Shown here one piece after another: positions 21,512 to 36,300 of a stretch of 64,000 nt of DNA (position 1 is its first letter; each line of letters starts with the position of its first letter). The DNA lies in NCBI GenBank assembly GCA_043228905.1, contig JBHGNT010000005.1:12710001-12774000 (forward strand), read 5' to 3'. Made by a program: the position numbers and the translations under genes. The stretch comes from Azolla caroliniana (taxonomy: Eukaryota; Plantae; Polypodiophyta). The notes beneath the pieces are model-generated. The model was given only the letters and a program-made list of their open reading frames with translations. It did no database searches and was not told the DNA's origin.

Positions 21512-23017
21512 TGTTAACATGCGGAAGCATTAGACAGAACCGGCTCAGCCGGATAGCAACAGAGAATAAGATGAAGGTTTAATGGAGAAGCTAAATACAT
21601 AAGGAGTATATGTGGGAGAGACAGAGAGAGCAGAATGTAAACATAGATTCAAAATAATAAAAACACTCTGTACCTCTGTACATACAACGTGCTAAACAAC
21701 ACTATTTATACAAGTCCTCAAAAGGACTAACAGAAGTACTATGTACTTCAATCCTCATACGAGCGACTGACACTAACTACGAGACAATGATTACCTAGTA
21801 GTCTAGGCTACTACTAGGCTTCCGGTTCGCACTTGAATTCGGTTGTCCGATCCGTCTCCCCGATCCATCTCCCTGATCCGGCCGGTTGTTTCCAAATACC
21901 ATCCAAATACCGATCTGGCTCATCCTTCTGGATGCCGATCTGGCTCTGGCTTATTCAACCGATCTGGATCCGGTTGAGCTTGCTCGCTCAACACTCCCCC
22001 TCAAGCTCAACCTGAGGTCAGATCGTGGTGTTAGTGTCCGTGACAGGTGATTCTTCTACCTGGCTCCTTCTGGTATCGCTCCGCCTTGCTCGTGCTCCTC
22101 GTCTAGTCCGGTCTTGTTTGCGGCGGCCCTTCTTGTTTTGCACACCTCGACCTCCTCGGTCTGCTTGTTTGCTCAACATGCCCATTTCAGCTCCCTTACT
22201 GCTGCGACTCCGATGCTTGTTGACCCGCTGGTTTCTTCGTGTTGGATTGTCAACCCGTCGGTTCCTTCCATTGCGTCCGTGCGCGCTTGGCCTTTAGTTT
22301 ATCCGGCTCCTCCGAATCCAATTGTTGAAGCGAATCGGTTGTCTCCGACTCATTCCCGCTCTTGTCCGAGTCGGTGCTCTTGTTCGGATGTGCCGACTTC
22401 CTTCATCGACTCGGCTTCCTTTCTCCTCTTGTCCCCCCTTTTGTTGGTTCTTCGCTTTCCGGTTCCTTGTCTGGTGCTGTCACTAGTTTCTTTGCCTTTA
22501 CCCATTCTGGCTTTTGTTTCTTTGCCTTTGCCCGTTCTCCCCCTCAAGTGCGGCACGTCGAGATGCTGAACACCAAGCATTTTGGTGAAGTGTTGCAACT
22601 TGTCCGATCCGAACGGTTTGGTGAAGATGTCGACAACCTGCTGATCCGTCTGAACATACGGAAGTTCGACTTCACCGCTCATGACCTGCTCACGCAAGAA
22701 GTGATAAGCACTTCTATGTGCTTTGTTTGAGCATGGAATACGGGGTTCTTGGCGAGTTGTATGGTGCTTATGTTGTCGCAGTAGATTAGGATCGGGGTCG
22801 GCACCTCGATCCGGAGATCTCGCAACAGTCGCCGAAGCCAGATGGCTTCACAGGTGGCATTGGTAGCGCCCCAGTATTCAGCTTCAATGCTCGATAGAGC
22901 CACTGTTGATTGCTTTTTGCTGCTCCACGCAACAGTTGCGCTACCAAGGGAAAACATGTACCTGGAGGTGGATCGGCGATCCAATGCATCACCACCCTAG
23001 TTGGCATCTGTGTATCT

Positions 23018-26000
23018 TGTTGGGATTACGGTCCCTCCGGATGGGATGGTCGGATGTCCTGGAATCGGGAATGAAGACCCGGTTCCGGAGCCGGATGATG
23101 AAGACCCGGTTCCGGATCCGGATGATGAAGACCCCGGCTACGGAGCCGGACGATGAAGACCCCGGCTACGGAGCCGGATGACGAATGTACCCGGAGAGAG
23201 ATCCGGATGCGGGGACATATTTGTGAATATGTTTTCCAAGGGCCCTTGAGGCTATATTTGTAAATAGCCCGAAAGTCATATCTGTATAAATATGACTTAG
23301 GGCAAACAGTTTCTTGTTGTTGCTCATTTTTCTGTTTTCCACTTAGAGGGAGCGAAGTGAGAGTAGCCGAGAGAGAGAGTGAGAGAGAGAGAAAGGAAGA
23401 GGTTGACGCCTCTGTGTAATACCGCCGCCTGTGGCGAGGACAGCGAGCTCAAGGTCGTCGCCTTGCAGCTCGCCATTGTACATTCACTGCGTATAGTGAT
23501 AGTTGGAGTCTTGCACTCCCGTGGTTTTTCCCGTCTAGGGTTTTCCACGCTAAACCCTGTGCATTCGAGTCTCTCTCTATGTTTTCGATTTACTGCTGCA
23601 TTGATTCGTGTTTCCTCGGTTGTGGCCGAGAGGTGAAGGTTTGGAAAGCGTCAATTTCTAACAATCTGGTATCAGAGCGACTGCAGTGCAGAAAATGGAA
23701 GGCGGCAGCAGCGGGTAGCCGGGGATGATAGTGCTGAATGCGCAGAACTACGCCGACTGGAAGATAAAGATGGAGGATCTGCTCATTGTTCGGGACCTGT
23801 ATGAACCGATCGACAGGTCGGAAATACCCAAGGGGGTACTTGAGACGGAATGGAGGCTTCTGAACCGGAAAGCCGTTGCAACCATTCGGCAATACGTCGA
23901 CGTGAGCGTTCTACAACATGTGGCGAACGACACCAACGCATATGAGATGTGGCAGAAGCTGTCGGGCCTCTACGAGAGGAAGAATGCGTTGAATCGGACC
24001 TCCCTGATGAGGAAGATAGTGAACCTCAAGTACCGGGACGGCGAGAGTATGGTGGAACACGTAAGCACGTTCATGGGATTCGTGAACCAGCTTGCGGCGA
24101 TCAAGTTCCCATTGGAGGATGCAATGCAAGCCATCATCCTGATGTGTACATTGCCGGCAAGCTGGGAGAACTTGGTGGTGACTCTCAGCACCTCCTGCAC
24201 CGAAGATAACTTGTCTCTACAAACGGTAAAGACAAGCATTTTGAACGAAGAAGCGCGTCGGAGAGATAAAGAACCGGCCTCCGATCCGAAGATGCTGCTT
24301 TCCGAATCGGATCGGGGAACACAACGGAACCGGAGTCCGCAAAGACGGGAGAAGTCGGGGACCCGGTCGCAGTCAAGAGGAAGGCCCACATGCTTCCACT
24401 GTGGGAAGCCGGGGCACTTCCGAAAGAATTGTCGGCATTACCGAAAAGACAACGGAGCCGACGACACCGATTCGAAGAAGTCTTCGGAACGGAACGGTGC
24501 TTACCGGGGAGCCACGGACCGGAATGGTTCGGATCGGCGAGGGCAGGACCGGAAAGGAACGACGGCACTCACGGCAAGTGAAGAGGAGATCATGCTCATC
24601 ACCGAAGAAGGTGAACTAAACATTGCCGGCGATGAGACTACCTGGGTGGTCGATTCCGGAGCGTCGTTCCACCTGACCCCGGAAAGAAGATACTTCTCAT
24701 CCTACACAGTCGGTGAGCATGGCTGTGTTCGGATGGGAAATGAAGGTATGTGCCGGATTGCCGGCATAGGAGACGTGTGGTTGACAACCTCGACCGGATG
24801 CAAAATGTTGCTGAAGGATGTCCGACACGTTCCGGAGGTTCGATTGAACCTGATTTCGGCCGGGAGGCTAGACGATGAAGGCTACACAGGTAGCATCCGG
24901 AACGGCGTAATGAAGTTCAGCAAGGGGAGCCTGATAGTGGCTCGGGCCCGGAAAGTCAACACATTGTACCTTATGAGTGCCTGGTTGTTTCCGGAGGAGT
25001 TGAACGTGGCAGCCGACACTGCCGGTGAGCTGTGGCACAAGAGACTGTGCCACATGAGTGAGAAGGGGATGAAGAGGCTTGCAGAAGACAACCTTATTCC
25101 AGTGAAGCATGTGCACCTGGAGAAGTGCACCGATTGCCTGGCCGGTAAGCAGAACCGAACCTCCTTCCACTCAAGGCCACCGACGAGACGTAGCGCACCA
25201 TTGGAGTTGGTGCACACTGACGTGTGTCAAGTAGAAACGAAGTCACATGGCGGAGCCCAGTACTTCGTGACATTCATTGATGACCACAGCCGGAAGCTGT
25301 GGACGGCACCGTTGAAGACAAAGGACCAAGTGTTGTGCGTCTTCAAAGAACTCCACGCGAGAGTGGAAAGGGAATCCGGCAAGAAGCTGAAAGCGATACG
25401 AGAGGATAACGGAGGGGAATACCGGGGGCAGTTCGAGGAGTACTGTCGCTCGAAGGGAATCCGGCTCGAGTTTACTGTGCCGAAGACGCCGGAACTGAAC
25501 GGGCTGGCCGAGAGGATGAACCGGACCATAATGGAGAGGGTCCGGAGTATGCTGGCGCATGCGAAATTACCCAAGGGGTTTTGGGCTGAGGCAATGTCGA
25601 CGGCGACATACGTGATAAACAGATCACCCTCAGTACCTTTGGACGGAGACACGCCGCAGAGAGTGTGGACCGGTAGGGAAGTATCCTACCGGCATCTGAA
25701 GGTGTTCGGGTGTCTCGCATATGTGCATGTGGCAAAGGACCGGAGAGGAAAGCTAGATCCAAAGACCCGGCCATGCATATTCCTCAGTTACGGCCATGAC
25801 GAGTTCGGCTACCGAGTATGGGACCCGGTCGACAAAAAGATATTCCGGAGTCGTGATATCATCTTCATGGAGGACAAGACACTCGCCGACTGGGAGTCGG
25901 AGAAGAAGATGAAGAGCTCCAAGTCGACCGGTGAGGATCAACTCTACGAGGAGCAGTCCCGACCGGCAAGGGACCGGTTAGCACTCGAGGATCCGGCCGA

Positions 26001-28307
26001 AGACGGTGAAGAAACAGAACCGGCCGAGGAAGATGAAACTGATACCGGAACCGGCCCCGATCCCGAAATGGATTCAGATGAAGAGGAAACGGAGGAGCCG
26101 GTTACCGAAGCTCCGGAACGGAGATATCCTCTAAGAGAGAGAAGGGCCCCCCGGAGATTTCCGGAACCAGAGCACGTGCTGCTAACCGACGAAGGGGAGC
26201 CGGAGAGTTTTGAAGAAGCAAAGCTTGACACCCATAGCCGCAGGTGGTTAAGTGCCATGCAGGAGGAGATGGATTCCCTGCATGAGAACCACACATATGA
26301 GCTTGTGGAGTTGCCGAAAGGAAAGCGGGCACTTCGAAACAAGTGGGTGTTCAAGCTGAAACCGGGAGATGCCGGAAACCCCCCGAGATACAAAGCCAGG
26401 ATCGTGGTGAAGGGGTTCCAGCAGAAGAAGGGCGTCAACTTCGACGAGATATTTGCCCCGGTAGTGAAGATGACCTCCATCCGGACGGTGTTGAGCATAG
26501 CGGCAAGCATGGACCTCGAGGTAGAACAGATGGACGTGAAGACGGCATTCCTTCACGGTGACCTCGAAGAAGAGATCTACATGCAGCAACCGGAAGGATT
26601 CGAGAAGAAAGGGAAGGAGCACCTGGTATGCCGGTTGAAGAAGAGCCTTTACGGACTGAAGCAGGCTCCCCGGCAATGGTACCGGAAGTTCGACTCTTTC
26701 ATGACCGACGAAGGGTACCACAAAACGCAGTCCGACCACTGCGTGTTTCTGAAGAAGTTTGAAGGAGGAGACTTTCTAATACTCCTCCTGTACGTGGACG
26801 ACATGTTGATCGTCGGACGGGACCAGGTCAAGATACGGATGCTGAAGAAAGCGCTTCACCGAACCTTCTCAATGAAGGACCTGGGTCCGGCAAGGCAAAT
26901 ACTAGGGATGCACATCATCCGGGACCGGAAGAAGAAGCAGTTGTGGCTGTCACAGTAGAAGTACGTGACAAAGGTGCTTCACCGGTTCAACATGTCAGAA
27001 GCAAGACCGGTCGGGTCAACCCTCCCGGCAAACTGCAAGTTGTCCAGCAAGCAAAGCCCCAAGACAAAGGCTGAGAAGGAGGACATGATGAAAGTACCAT
27101 ATACCTCTGCCGTCGGAAGCTTGATGTACGCAATGGTGTGTACAAGACCGGACATAGGATATGCAGTCGGAGTGGTGAGCCGGTACATGAGCAATCCCGG
27201 CAAAGAGCACTGGAATGCGGCCAAGTGGATACTCCGATACCTGAAGGGCACGGCAAACGTGTGCCTCCGATTCGGCTCCGGTAAGCCCAAACTCGACGGT
27301 TTTACCGATTCGGATATGTCGGTTGATGCAGATACCAGCCGGTCCACATCAGGGTATGTGATGACGTATGCAGGGGGAGCTGTTTCGTGGCAGTCGAGGC
27401 TACAGAAGACGGTTGCGTTGTCAACCACGGAGGCGGAGTACATGGCGGCTGTTGAAGCCGGCAAGGAAATGATATGGATGAAGGACTTCATTAGAGAGCT
27501 CGGTATCCGGCAGGAGGAGTACCGACTCTACTGCGACAGTCAGAGTGCCATCCACCTTGCAAAAAACGCGGCCTATCACTCCCGGACGAAGCACATCCAG
27601 CGAAGATATCACTGGGTCAGACATGCTGACCAAAGTGCTCACACCCGACAAGCTGGAAGCGTGCCGGAAGAGGGTCGGACTGGAAAGACATCCCATGCCG
27701 AAGTGAAGGGGGAGTTTGTTGGGATTACGGTCCCTCCGGATGGGATGGTCGGATGTCCGGGAATCAGGAATGAAGACCCGGTTCCGGATCCGGATGATGA
27801 AGACCCCGGCTACGGAGCCAGATGACGAATGTACCCGGAGAGAGATCCGGATGCGGGGACATATTTGTGAATATGTTTGCCAAGGGCCCTTGAGGCTATA
27901 TTTGTAAATAGCCCGAAAGTCATATGTGTATAAATATGACTTAGGGCAAACAGTTTCTTGTTGTTGCTCATTTTTCTGTTTTCCACTTAGAGGGAGCGAA
28001 GTGAGAGCAGCCGAGAGAGAGAGTGAGAGAGAGAGAAAGGAAGAGGTTGACGCCTGTGTGTAATACCGCCGCTTGTGGCGAGGACAGCGAGCTCAAGGTT
28101 GTCGCCTTGCAGCTCGCCATTGTACATTCACTGCGTATAGTGATAGTTGGAGTCTTGCACTCCCGTGGTTTTTCCCGTCTAGGGTTTTCCACGCTAAACC
28201 CTGTGCATTCGAGTCTCTCTCTGTGTTTTCGATTTACTGCTGCATTGATTCGTGTTTCCTCGGTTGTGGCCGAGAGGTGAAGGTTTGGAAAGCGTCAATT
28301 TCTAACA
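23018..28307 (+). mobile_element. Copia F (same family as B), nested in Copia E
   Basis: LTRs at 23018-23663 and 27717-28307. TSD TATCT. PBS TGGTATCAGAGC at 23667-23678. Confidence 0.97.
23695..27706 (+). pseudogene. Copia F gag-pol
   Basis: Near-identical to B. Stop at 26956-26958 (GAG>TAG) and a 62-bp deletion in RNase H relative to B 8471-8532. Confidence 0.93.
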
Positions 28308-30359
28308 TATCTGACTAGCTCTTCAGTTATACCATGCAGTTCCCGGTCCTTCGTGCCACACACATACTTCAATATTCGATTCGCGCATTGAAGGTGCTCC
28401 ACGGTTGGCTTCTACATGAATTCGCTGATTACACCGACCTGATAACTGATGTCGGGTTGGGTGATTGTCAAGTATATCAAGCTTCTGACTATTTGTCGGA
28501 ACCGTTTCTCATCGCAGGTCGGTCCGGAGTTGGGACGAAGCTTCTGGTTCCGGTCCAAGGGTGTGGAGACAGGTCGGCATTGCGTCATGCCGAACTTGTA
28601 CAACATATTCAACACATAGTGTCATTGTGAGAGCAATATATCGTTAGGGGTTCGGATCACCTCGATCCCAAGGAAATAATGAAGGTCCCTCAGGTCCTTC
28701 ATCTCAAATGCATCCGGCAACTGGGCCTTGACACGACCGATTTCATTGAGTCCGGGTCCAGTGATGACTAAATCATCTACATAAAGTAAGATGCAAACTG
28801 GACCGTCCGGACCTTGCCGGATGAACAACAATGAGTCGGATTTAGAGGTCACAAACCCCATCTTACGCAATTGGTGCGTGATCTTTGCATTCCAAGCTCG
28901 GGGGGCTTTTTTTAGACTGTAAAGCGACTTCTTAAGCCGACACACCGCCGACTTGTTCATCTCCGATTGAAAACCGAGAGGTTGGATCATATAGACCCAT
29001 TCTTCAAGGTCACCTTGAAGAAACGCTTTCTTCATGTCCATCTGGTGAAGATGCCACCCCTTGCCGCAACAACCACAAGTACCACACGAACTGTCGTCAT
29101 CTTCGCTACAGGAGCGAAGGTCTCGTCATAGTCGATTCTGTGGGTTTGTGCGTATCCCTTCGCCACTAACCGGGCCTTGTACCGGTTAACTGAACTGTCA
29201 GCATTGTACTTTACCTTGTACACCCATTTGCAACCGATCGGTTTAGAGTGTCAAGGAGGGTCAACGAGGTTCCATGTGTCGTTGGCATCGAGTGCCCGCA
29301 TTTCTTCTTCCATGGCAGCATGCCAATTTATGACCTTTGCCGCTTCTGCGTAGCTCTCCAGCTCACGCACTTCCGCCACCTTGGTCATGTACACATAGTG
29401 ATGCGCCATGTACTCGTTGTACCCGTACCGTGTAACGGGGTTCTTCTCGCAGGAAGACCGGCGTAACTTATCATCACCCGGTTTGGGCCCCTTCTTTGAC
29501 AGTTCGGACTTCGTTCCCGAAAATCCGCCTTCATCCTTTCCGGAATCGGATTCGCTCCGATCCGACTCAACGTTTCCGGCTTCGTATTCTGACATTTTCT
29601 GCTTCCCTTTCTCTTTGTGCGTGAACCGTCTCCTCGGTTCCTTGCGCGGGGAGAGGACGGCAGAGCCGATTCCTCATCCGACTGGTCACTTTGACCTAGT
29701 CACTCGTTCGGTCCGCTCAACCGAAACGATTCCGGACTCTCTTCTAGAGTCTCAAGCTCGTCATCATCTATCTAGACCGGTTCGGGCTCACTGGCCTCAT
29801 CCTTCGGGATTGGGTCGGAGTCGAAAGTCGGAGTTGGTAGAGAGTACCACGATGCTGACTCATCAAACTCGACATCTCGACGTATTCGAACATGTTTAGT
29901 CCGGGAGTTAAAACACTTATACCCCTTCTGTTCATGCAAGTAGACGATGAGTATGCACTTCTCCGACTTCGGATCCAGCTTCCTCCGCTTCTCATCCAGT
30001 ACATGCACATATGCTATACTACCGAATATCCGAAGGTGGCTCAAATTCGGCTTCCACCCGAAATACTGCTCATGTGCTAACAGCTTGTCACCGATCCGGT
30101 TTTGGATGTAAATGGCCATTCAGACTGCCTCAGCCCAATAGAATTGGGGCATGCTCTTCTCCTCCAGCATTGCCATTGCCGCGTCGACAATCGACCGGTT
30201 CTTCCTTTTGGCCACACCGTTCTGTGTGGGATTTTTAGGATCATGATTCAGACCATTGGGTGAGAATTTGGAACCTTCTCATTCAACATTCTCTCTCTCT
30301 CTCTCTCTCTCATCTCTCCTCTTCCTTCTCTCCCTCCTCTTCTATATATGTATATTGTT

Positions 30360-33300
30360 CTTTTTATTGGTAAAAGCACACAATTATATTAATTGTATGT
30401 AAAATCCACATAGTTACAACACTTCTTAGTCTCCTCTACATATCATATGCCTATGTAGGGAGAGGGACGTTCTGTAATGCTATTAAAAAACTTGAATATG
30501 CATTTGAGGAAATGATCCCCACATGCTCTAAGATCCAAAAATTTCATATGAGCATACCTTTCAACTTCTTAAAGTTTATATAGGCTTTCACCCCATGTCT
30601 ATTATCAAACATGAAAGCATTATGCATATTCCAATTGTGTTGTAGACCCCAGTAACATAAAAATTGGAACAATATCTCCATCTCATCATTTGAACCATTT
30701 TGAACATATTGAGAAAAAACCCATTGTTGAGGTCTCAAACAACAACGGGTTAAAACTTGCCAAATGTCCGATAAGTACTTCCAAATGGTACACGTTATAG
30801 GACATTTAATGAACCTATGTGTACTATCCTCCAATGGAATGGAAGTGTCGGACCCTAGTTCTTGTCTCTTTAAGGCCGAACCTAATGGGAGCCCGCCAAT
30901 CATGACTCTCCATATGAATACCTTTGCACGAAATGGTAGATGAGAATGCCAACTACGTTGTAATATTTTTCCACCATCGTGCATCTGACTTACATACATT
31001 CCACAACTTCGCTGCTTTAGGAGATAGCCAAGATAAGGATACCATCACATGATGATACAATATATTTGTAGTGACCTGTAACAAGTGTGTACCATCTTGT
31101 AACTGCCAATCCACCCAAGGTGCAAAATTTGTTTTCAATGGCAAAGATCCTTGCAACAATGGTATATCTTGTAATTTCTCAGAAATAAATCCATAATTTG
31201 GGGGAATACATAACCATCGCTTGGCATCTTCAAAGTCCAACAACCTTTACGATTCATTATCAACCACATCTTCTAATGTACAATCCCCAATCGAAATAAA
31301 GGATTGAATTGAAATCTCAACTTCTCTTTTCCATGCCAAAACAACACTCGCGAAGAAACAAGCAATTCATTTTGTAATGAATTACAATATTCTCGATCAC
31401 TTGATGGTCTCCATTCAAAAAGAAATCAAGCATCTTGCCACGATCTTACCAAATGTTGTCGACATACAGAATGTCGAATCTTTAGAGGAATACTTCCATT
31501 GAGTAATGACCACCAGGATGCTTCAATCTTTGTTTTCCCGTGCACCAATCCTTCATGCTCAATAAAATATTGCATCATAGATATCCATGGTTGATCTTGT
31601 TGACATATATCTCGCAATTATGCAAATCTACGAGCCATCAAATGCCATTCCAAATCCAATATTGCTACACCACCTAACCTTTTAGGAGTAGCCAAATGGT
31701 TCCATATTTTCTCCCTTCCGCCTCAACGTGAACCGAATAGGTTGTAAAATGTTTTGTAATGCCTTCTTAGTTCAAGGTAGTAAAGGCAAAAAATATAATA
31801 CCATGGGTATCAAGATACATTGCACCACTTTGAGTCGTACATGAAAGGGCCATAATTGAGACTTCCAATACATAAATTTGTCCTTCAATTTACTACCAAT
31901 CCCATCAATCAATTGAACATTTGTAACATCAACACCGAATGGATAACCCAAATGTCGATAAATTGATCCTCATGTAATCACTAACCCTCGCCATCCCAAA
32001 CATTCCAAATCACTCTCCGTACAAGAAATAAGGCAAGACTTCCTTCAATTTATATAAAACCCTGAAGCCAAAGCAAATTGATCCCAAACTTGCATACTCC
32101 TTTCAAGATTTTCTTTTGAGGCTTGTAAAAACATAAAAGAATCATCAACCAATGCTTGTGCCACCAATTGTCCACCAGAAGGAAGATGCAAACCCACAAT
32201 ATCACCATTAGCCGCAATATTTGACAACATTATTAACAAAGGATGTGAAATAATAGCAAATAACAATGGGCTTAGTGGATATCCTTGCCGCATGGATCTA
32301 GTAAGAAACACTTTCAGAGTAACTCCACCATTAAGCATCACACGCGAGGTCGCATTTTGCCCTAGCAAAAAGATAAGTCGACACATACGAGGACCAAACC
32401 CCATATTATACATCACACCTGAGAGGAAAGACCCATTAACATGATCATATGCTTTTTCCAAATCTAATTGCACCATAACCATTTCTTGATGTGTATATCA
32501 AGCATAATCGGTAGCCATTTGAACATTCAAAACATTATGCAATATATTTCTACTTGTAATAAAACCATATTGAGATGGATGAATAAGTTGAGGTAAGAAC
32601 TTCTGAAGTCTGTTGGATAATATCTTTGCAAACACTTTGTATAACCCTCCCATCAATGAAATAGGCCTCCATTGACGAAATGTCTCCAAATTTGATTAAA
32701 CCCACCTTCTAGCTCTCAGGCATGAAACTAGAATCCCAACATTGTTGAAACATTTGTGTGAATGGACTCTTAAGCATGCCATCATACTTCTTAAAAAATT
32801 TATTTGTAACTATTGAGAGACAAGCTCAACATCGGCCGGATCAGTAGAGCAAGCCGAGGACCAGATCGGTTGGGACCGATCGGTTAGGCCGGATCGGTTG
32901 GAAACCAGTACGCAGACAGATGCGTAGGAAGGCCAGATCGTGCGGAAATCGTGAGGCCATCGGAAAGATATTCCGCAAGGAATATATTTGGGAGTTAGTG
33001 TAGGGGATCCTCAATGAGCATTGAAGTACTGTCAGTACTTCTGTCAGTCCGAAAAGGACTTGTATAAAAGTGTTCATTGAACAAGCACGATGTACAGATC
33101 GAGTATTATTTTTGAATTAAGTTCTGGTGTTTTACTCTCTCTCTGTCTCTCCCATGTGTACTATGCAAACCTAAGCTTTTCATTAAACCTGCGTTTTCTA
33201 TTGTTCGGTTTCCTATATTGCTTCCGCACGCCATTGAAGAAAAAACCAACGAAGAAAAACAAGAAAACCAATGGACAGAGGAATGGCTAGCTTGCTTCCG

Positions 33301-36300
33301 ACGGAGAAGCTCGACAGAACCAACTACGCATCTTGGTCCTACAAGATGCACCAGTACCTGCTCGGACACGGTTACTAGAGCTATGTCGATGCGGCAAATG
33401 ACACAACACCCGATTTGACACACAAAGACTTCCCGGCGCGCGAACAATCGGCGAGTAGAGTGTTGTACTGTTTTGCGTCTTGTGTGGGCGAACAGCTATT
33501 AAGCTATGTTCGGGATGCAAAAACGCCGAAGGGTGCATGGGAAAATCTGAAGAAGATCTTCGCCGTGAGCACCACAGCCAAGAAGCTTCAGCTCCGACAA
33601 GAATTGAGCAACCTACGACAACGCGATTTGTCAGTGGCTGACTATACCTCAAAGATCAAGCACATATGCGACTCCTTAGCTTCCATCGATGTGAACATCG
33701 AGGAAAGCAAGATCGTCCAGGTTTGTCTCGGGGTTTGGCGTCAAAGTTCAAAGTGTTCCAAACTGTTGTGTGTACATGGGAGAATACGCCGTCGTTTTTT
33801 TGACTTACAGTCAATGCTCCTTATAGAGGAGAACCACGCGGGTGCGTCGACAAGCACGCATGCCGATAGCAAGATGATGTACACGGAGGGACAGAGGCCC
33901 CATGGTCGTGGCGGACAAGGCAAGTCGGTATGCAATGGAGGCACCGAGGTGATGCCGACGGGATCAAGGAAGAAGGCACCGAGGTGATGCCGACTGCAAT
34001 TCCGAACCCTCCGGAAATAGGGGGAGTTGAGGCGACGAGAATCGGCAAAGGAAATCTGCCGCGAAATGCTGGTACTGTGGCAAGAAAGGCCACAAGGAGA
34101 GCGAGTGCGGGAAAAAGCGCGCCGATTCGGAGAGATCCGGGTGCGGAACAGGTTCCGGACAGACCGACAAAGGAAATCGGCAACGATCGCACTATGTTGA
34201 AGGATCCGGAGAAGCCGGAAAAGGGTCAGTCTTTGTGACGAGACATGAAGCAAACTCAATGAAGAAGATCACCCCGAAGTCGGAGGAGGTGTGGTACGTC
34301 GACTCCGGCGCATCAAACCACATGACGTGCCACAAGGAGTGGTTCTCATACCTTGACAAACCGACGCAACTAGGAGTAGTCGCAACTGGAGACGACACTC
34401 CGCATCCGATCGCGAATGTCAGTGAAGTTCCCCTGAGCCATGTCGGGCAGAAAGGGAAACTCATGAACGTGTTACACATCCCGACAATCACAAAGAACTT
34501 GTTGTCGGTCGGGCAGATCGTCGACCAGGGGATGCAGGTTCGGTTTACGCATCTTGGGTGCTTCATCGAGGAAGAAGGCGCAGAGACGGGAGGATGTTTA
34601 TCCTCGACTCTAGTGACGGTGGCACCGCAATGTTCAGGAAAGGACAAAAAGTCGAGTCGGACATCAACTTATGGCACAAGCGGATAGGCCACGTCAACTA
34701 TCAACGGCTTCAAGACCTGCAATCGAAACAGGTGGTGTTCGCATTGCCCAAATTTAGTGGCCGGAAGGCACAAATTTGTGAAGCTTGCCAACTTGGGAAG
34801 CAACACCGACTTCCCTTCCCCAACGAGCGTAACCGGAGCCGGAGCAAGATCGACTTGATACACTCTGATGTGTGGTGGCCGGCACAAAGCGTTAGTCTTG
34901 GCGGGAGCCGATATTTTGTCTCCTTCATTGGCGACTACACGCGGCACACGTGGATCTACCTCATTGAGAGGAAGAGCGAAGTCTTCGACTGTTTCCAGGA
35001 CCTCAAAGGGTTTGTGGAAACGGAAACAGGAAGGAAGATCAAGTGCCTGCGGTCGGATGGCGGAAAAGAATACTTTTCCGATCAATTCAACGGTTATCTA
35101 CAACAGATGGGAATTCCGTGCGAATTCAGTTGTAGATACACGCCGGAGCAAAACGGCGTGGCCGAGAGGAAAAATCAGTCGGTTGTGGAAGCGGTGTAGG
35201 CAATGCTTGAAGAAAAGAGCTTGCCCAAGTTCTATTAGGCTGAGGTGGTACGAATTGCGGTATACATCTAGAACCGGATCGGAGACAAAGTGTCGGCGCA
35301 TGAGCTATATTTCGGAACGAAGCCGAACTTGCGACACTTACGAGTTTTCGGTAGCATTGCGTATGTGCATGTGCCGAAGGAGAAACGGAGGAAGCTGGAT
35401 GCAAAGGCCGATAAATGTATCTTGGTCGGTTACTCGGACGAGCAGAAGGGTTATAAGTGTTATAACCCGTGCACCAAACAAGCGCGCGTCAACCACGACG
35501 TTGTGTTTGATGAGTCCGTGTGTTGGTACTTGCCTCCGAGTTCTGACGATGAGGTCAGTGAGGCCGAGATGCCTCATGATGAGTCTGAAATCGGGACCCG
35601 CGAAGAGAGTCTGATTTCGTTTTAGTTAAGCGGACCGAATGTACGACTGAGTCGGTTCGACCAGTCCGATGAAGAGTCGGCGAGTAGTGGAGACTCGGCC
35701 GTGCATTCCCCACGCAGGAAGCCGAGGAGACGGCTTATGCGCAAGGAGAAAGGGAAGAAGAAGGTGTCGGATTCCGGCACGGATAGGAACGACTCAGACC
35801 GACGTGAGTCCGACTTCGAGGGAAGCAGTGACAGGTCTTCAAGTCCGCGTCGGCCGAGAAGACCTCGACATCGGCTAATGACCGATTACGCCGATCTACC
35901 CACCAGAAGAACCCAATTGTGCGGTTCGGATACAACAAGTACATGGCGCATCATTATGCATACATAACCCGTGTAGCGGAAGTGCGTGAGCTGGAGAACT
36001 ACGCAGAAGCGGCTAAGGATGCGAATTGGCGCGCCGCAATGGAGGAAGAGATGCACGCATTGGCGGAAAACGAGACCTGGGACCTGGTTGACGCACCGAA
36101 GGGTGTGAAGCCGATCGGATGTAGGTGGGTGTACAAGGTCAAGTACAACAATGACGGCTCGGTCAACTGATACAAGGCCCGGTTAGTGGAAAAAGTCTAC
36201 GTGTAGAAACACGGTATCGAATACGATGAGACGTTTGTGCCGGTCACGAAGATGACGGTAGTTGCGGCAAAGGGGTGGCACTTACATCATATGGATGTAA

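Larger units (their letters stand above)
21512..30225 (-). mobile_element. Copia E, 5'-truncated and degenerate (3' LTR 21512-21993), host of Copia F
   Basis: PPT at 21994-22004. RNase H (22350-22984), RT with LYVDD (28412-29223) and integrase C-terminus (to ~30225). 5' half absent. Confidence 0.85.
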
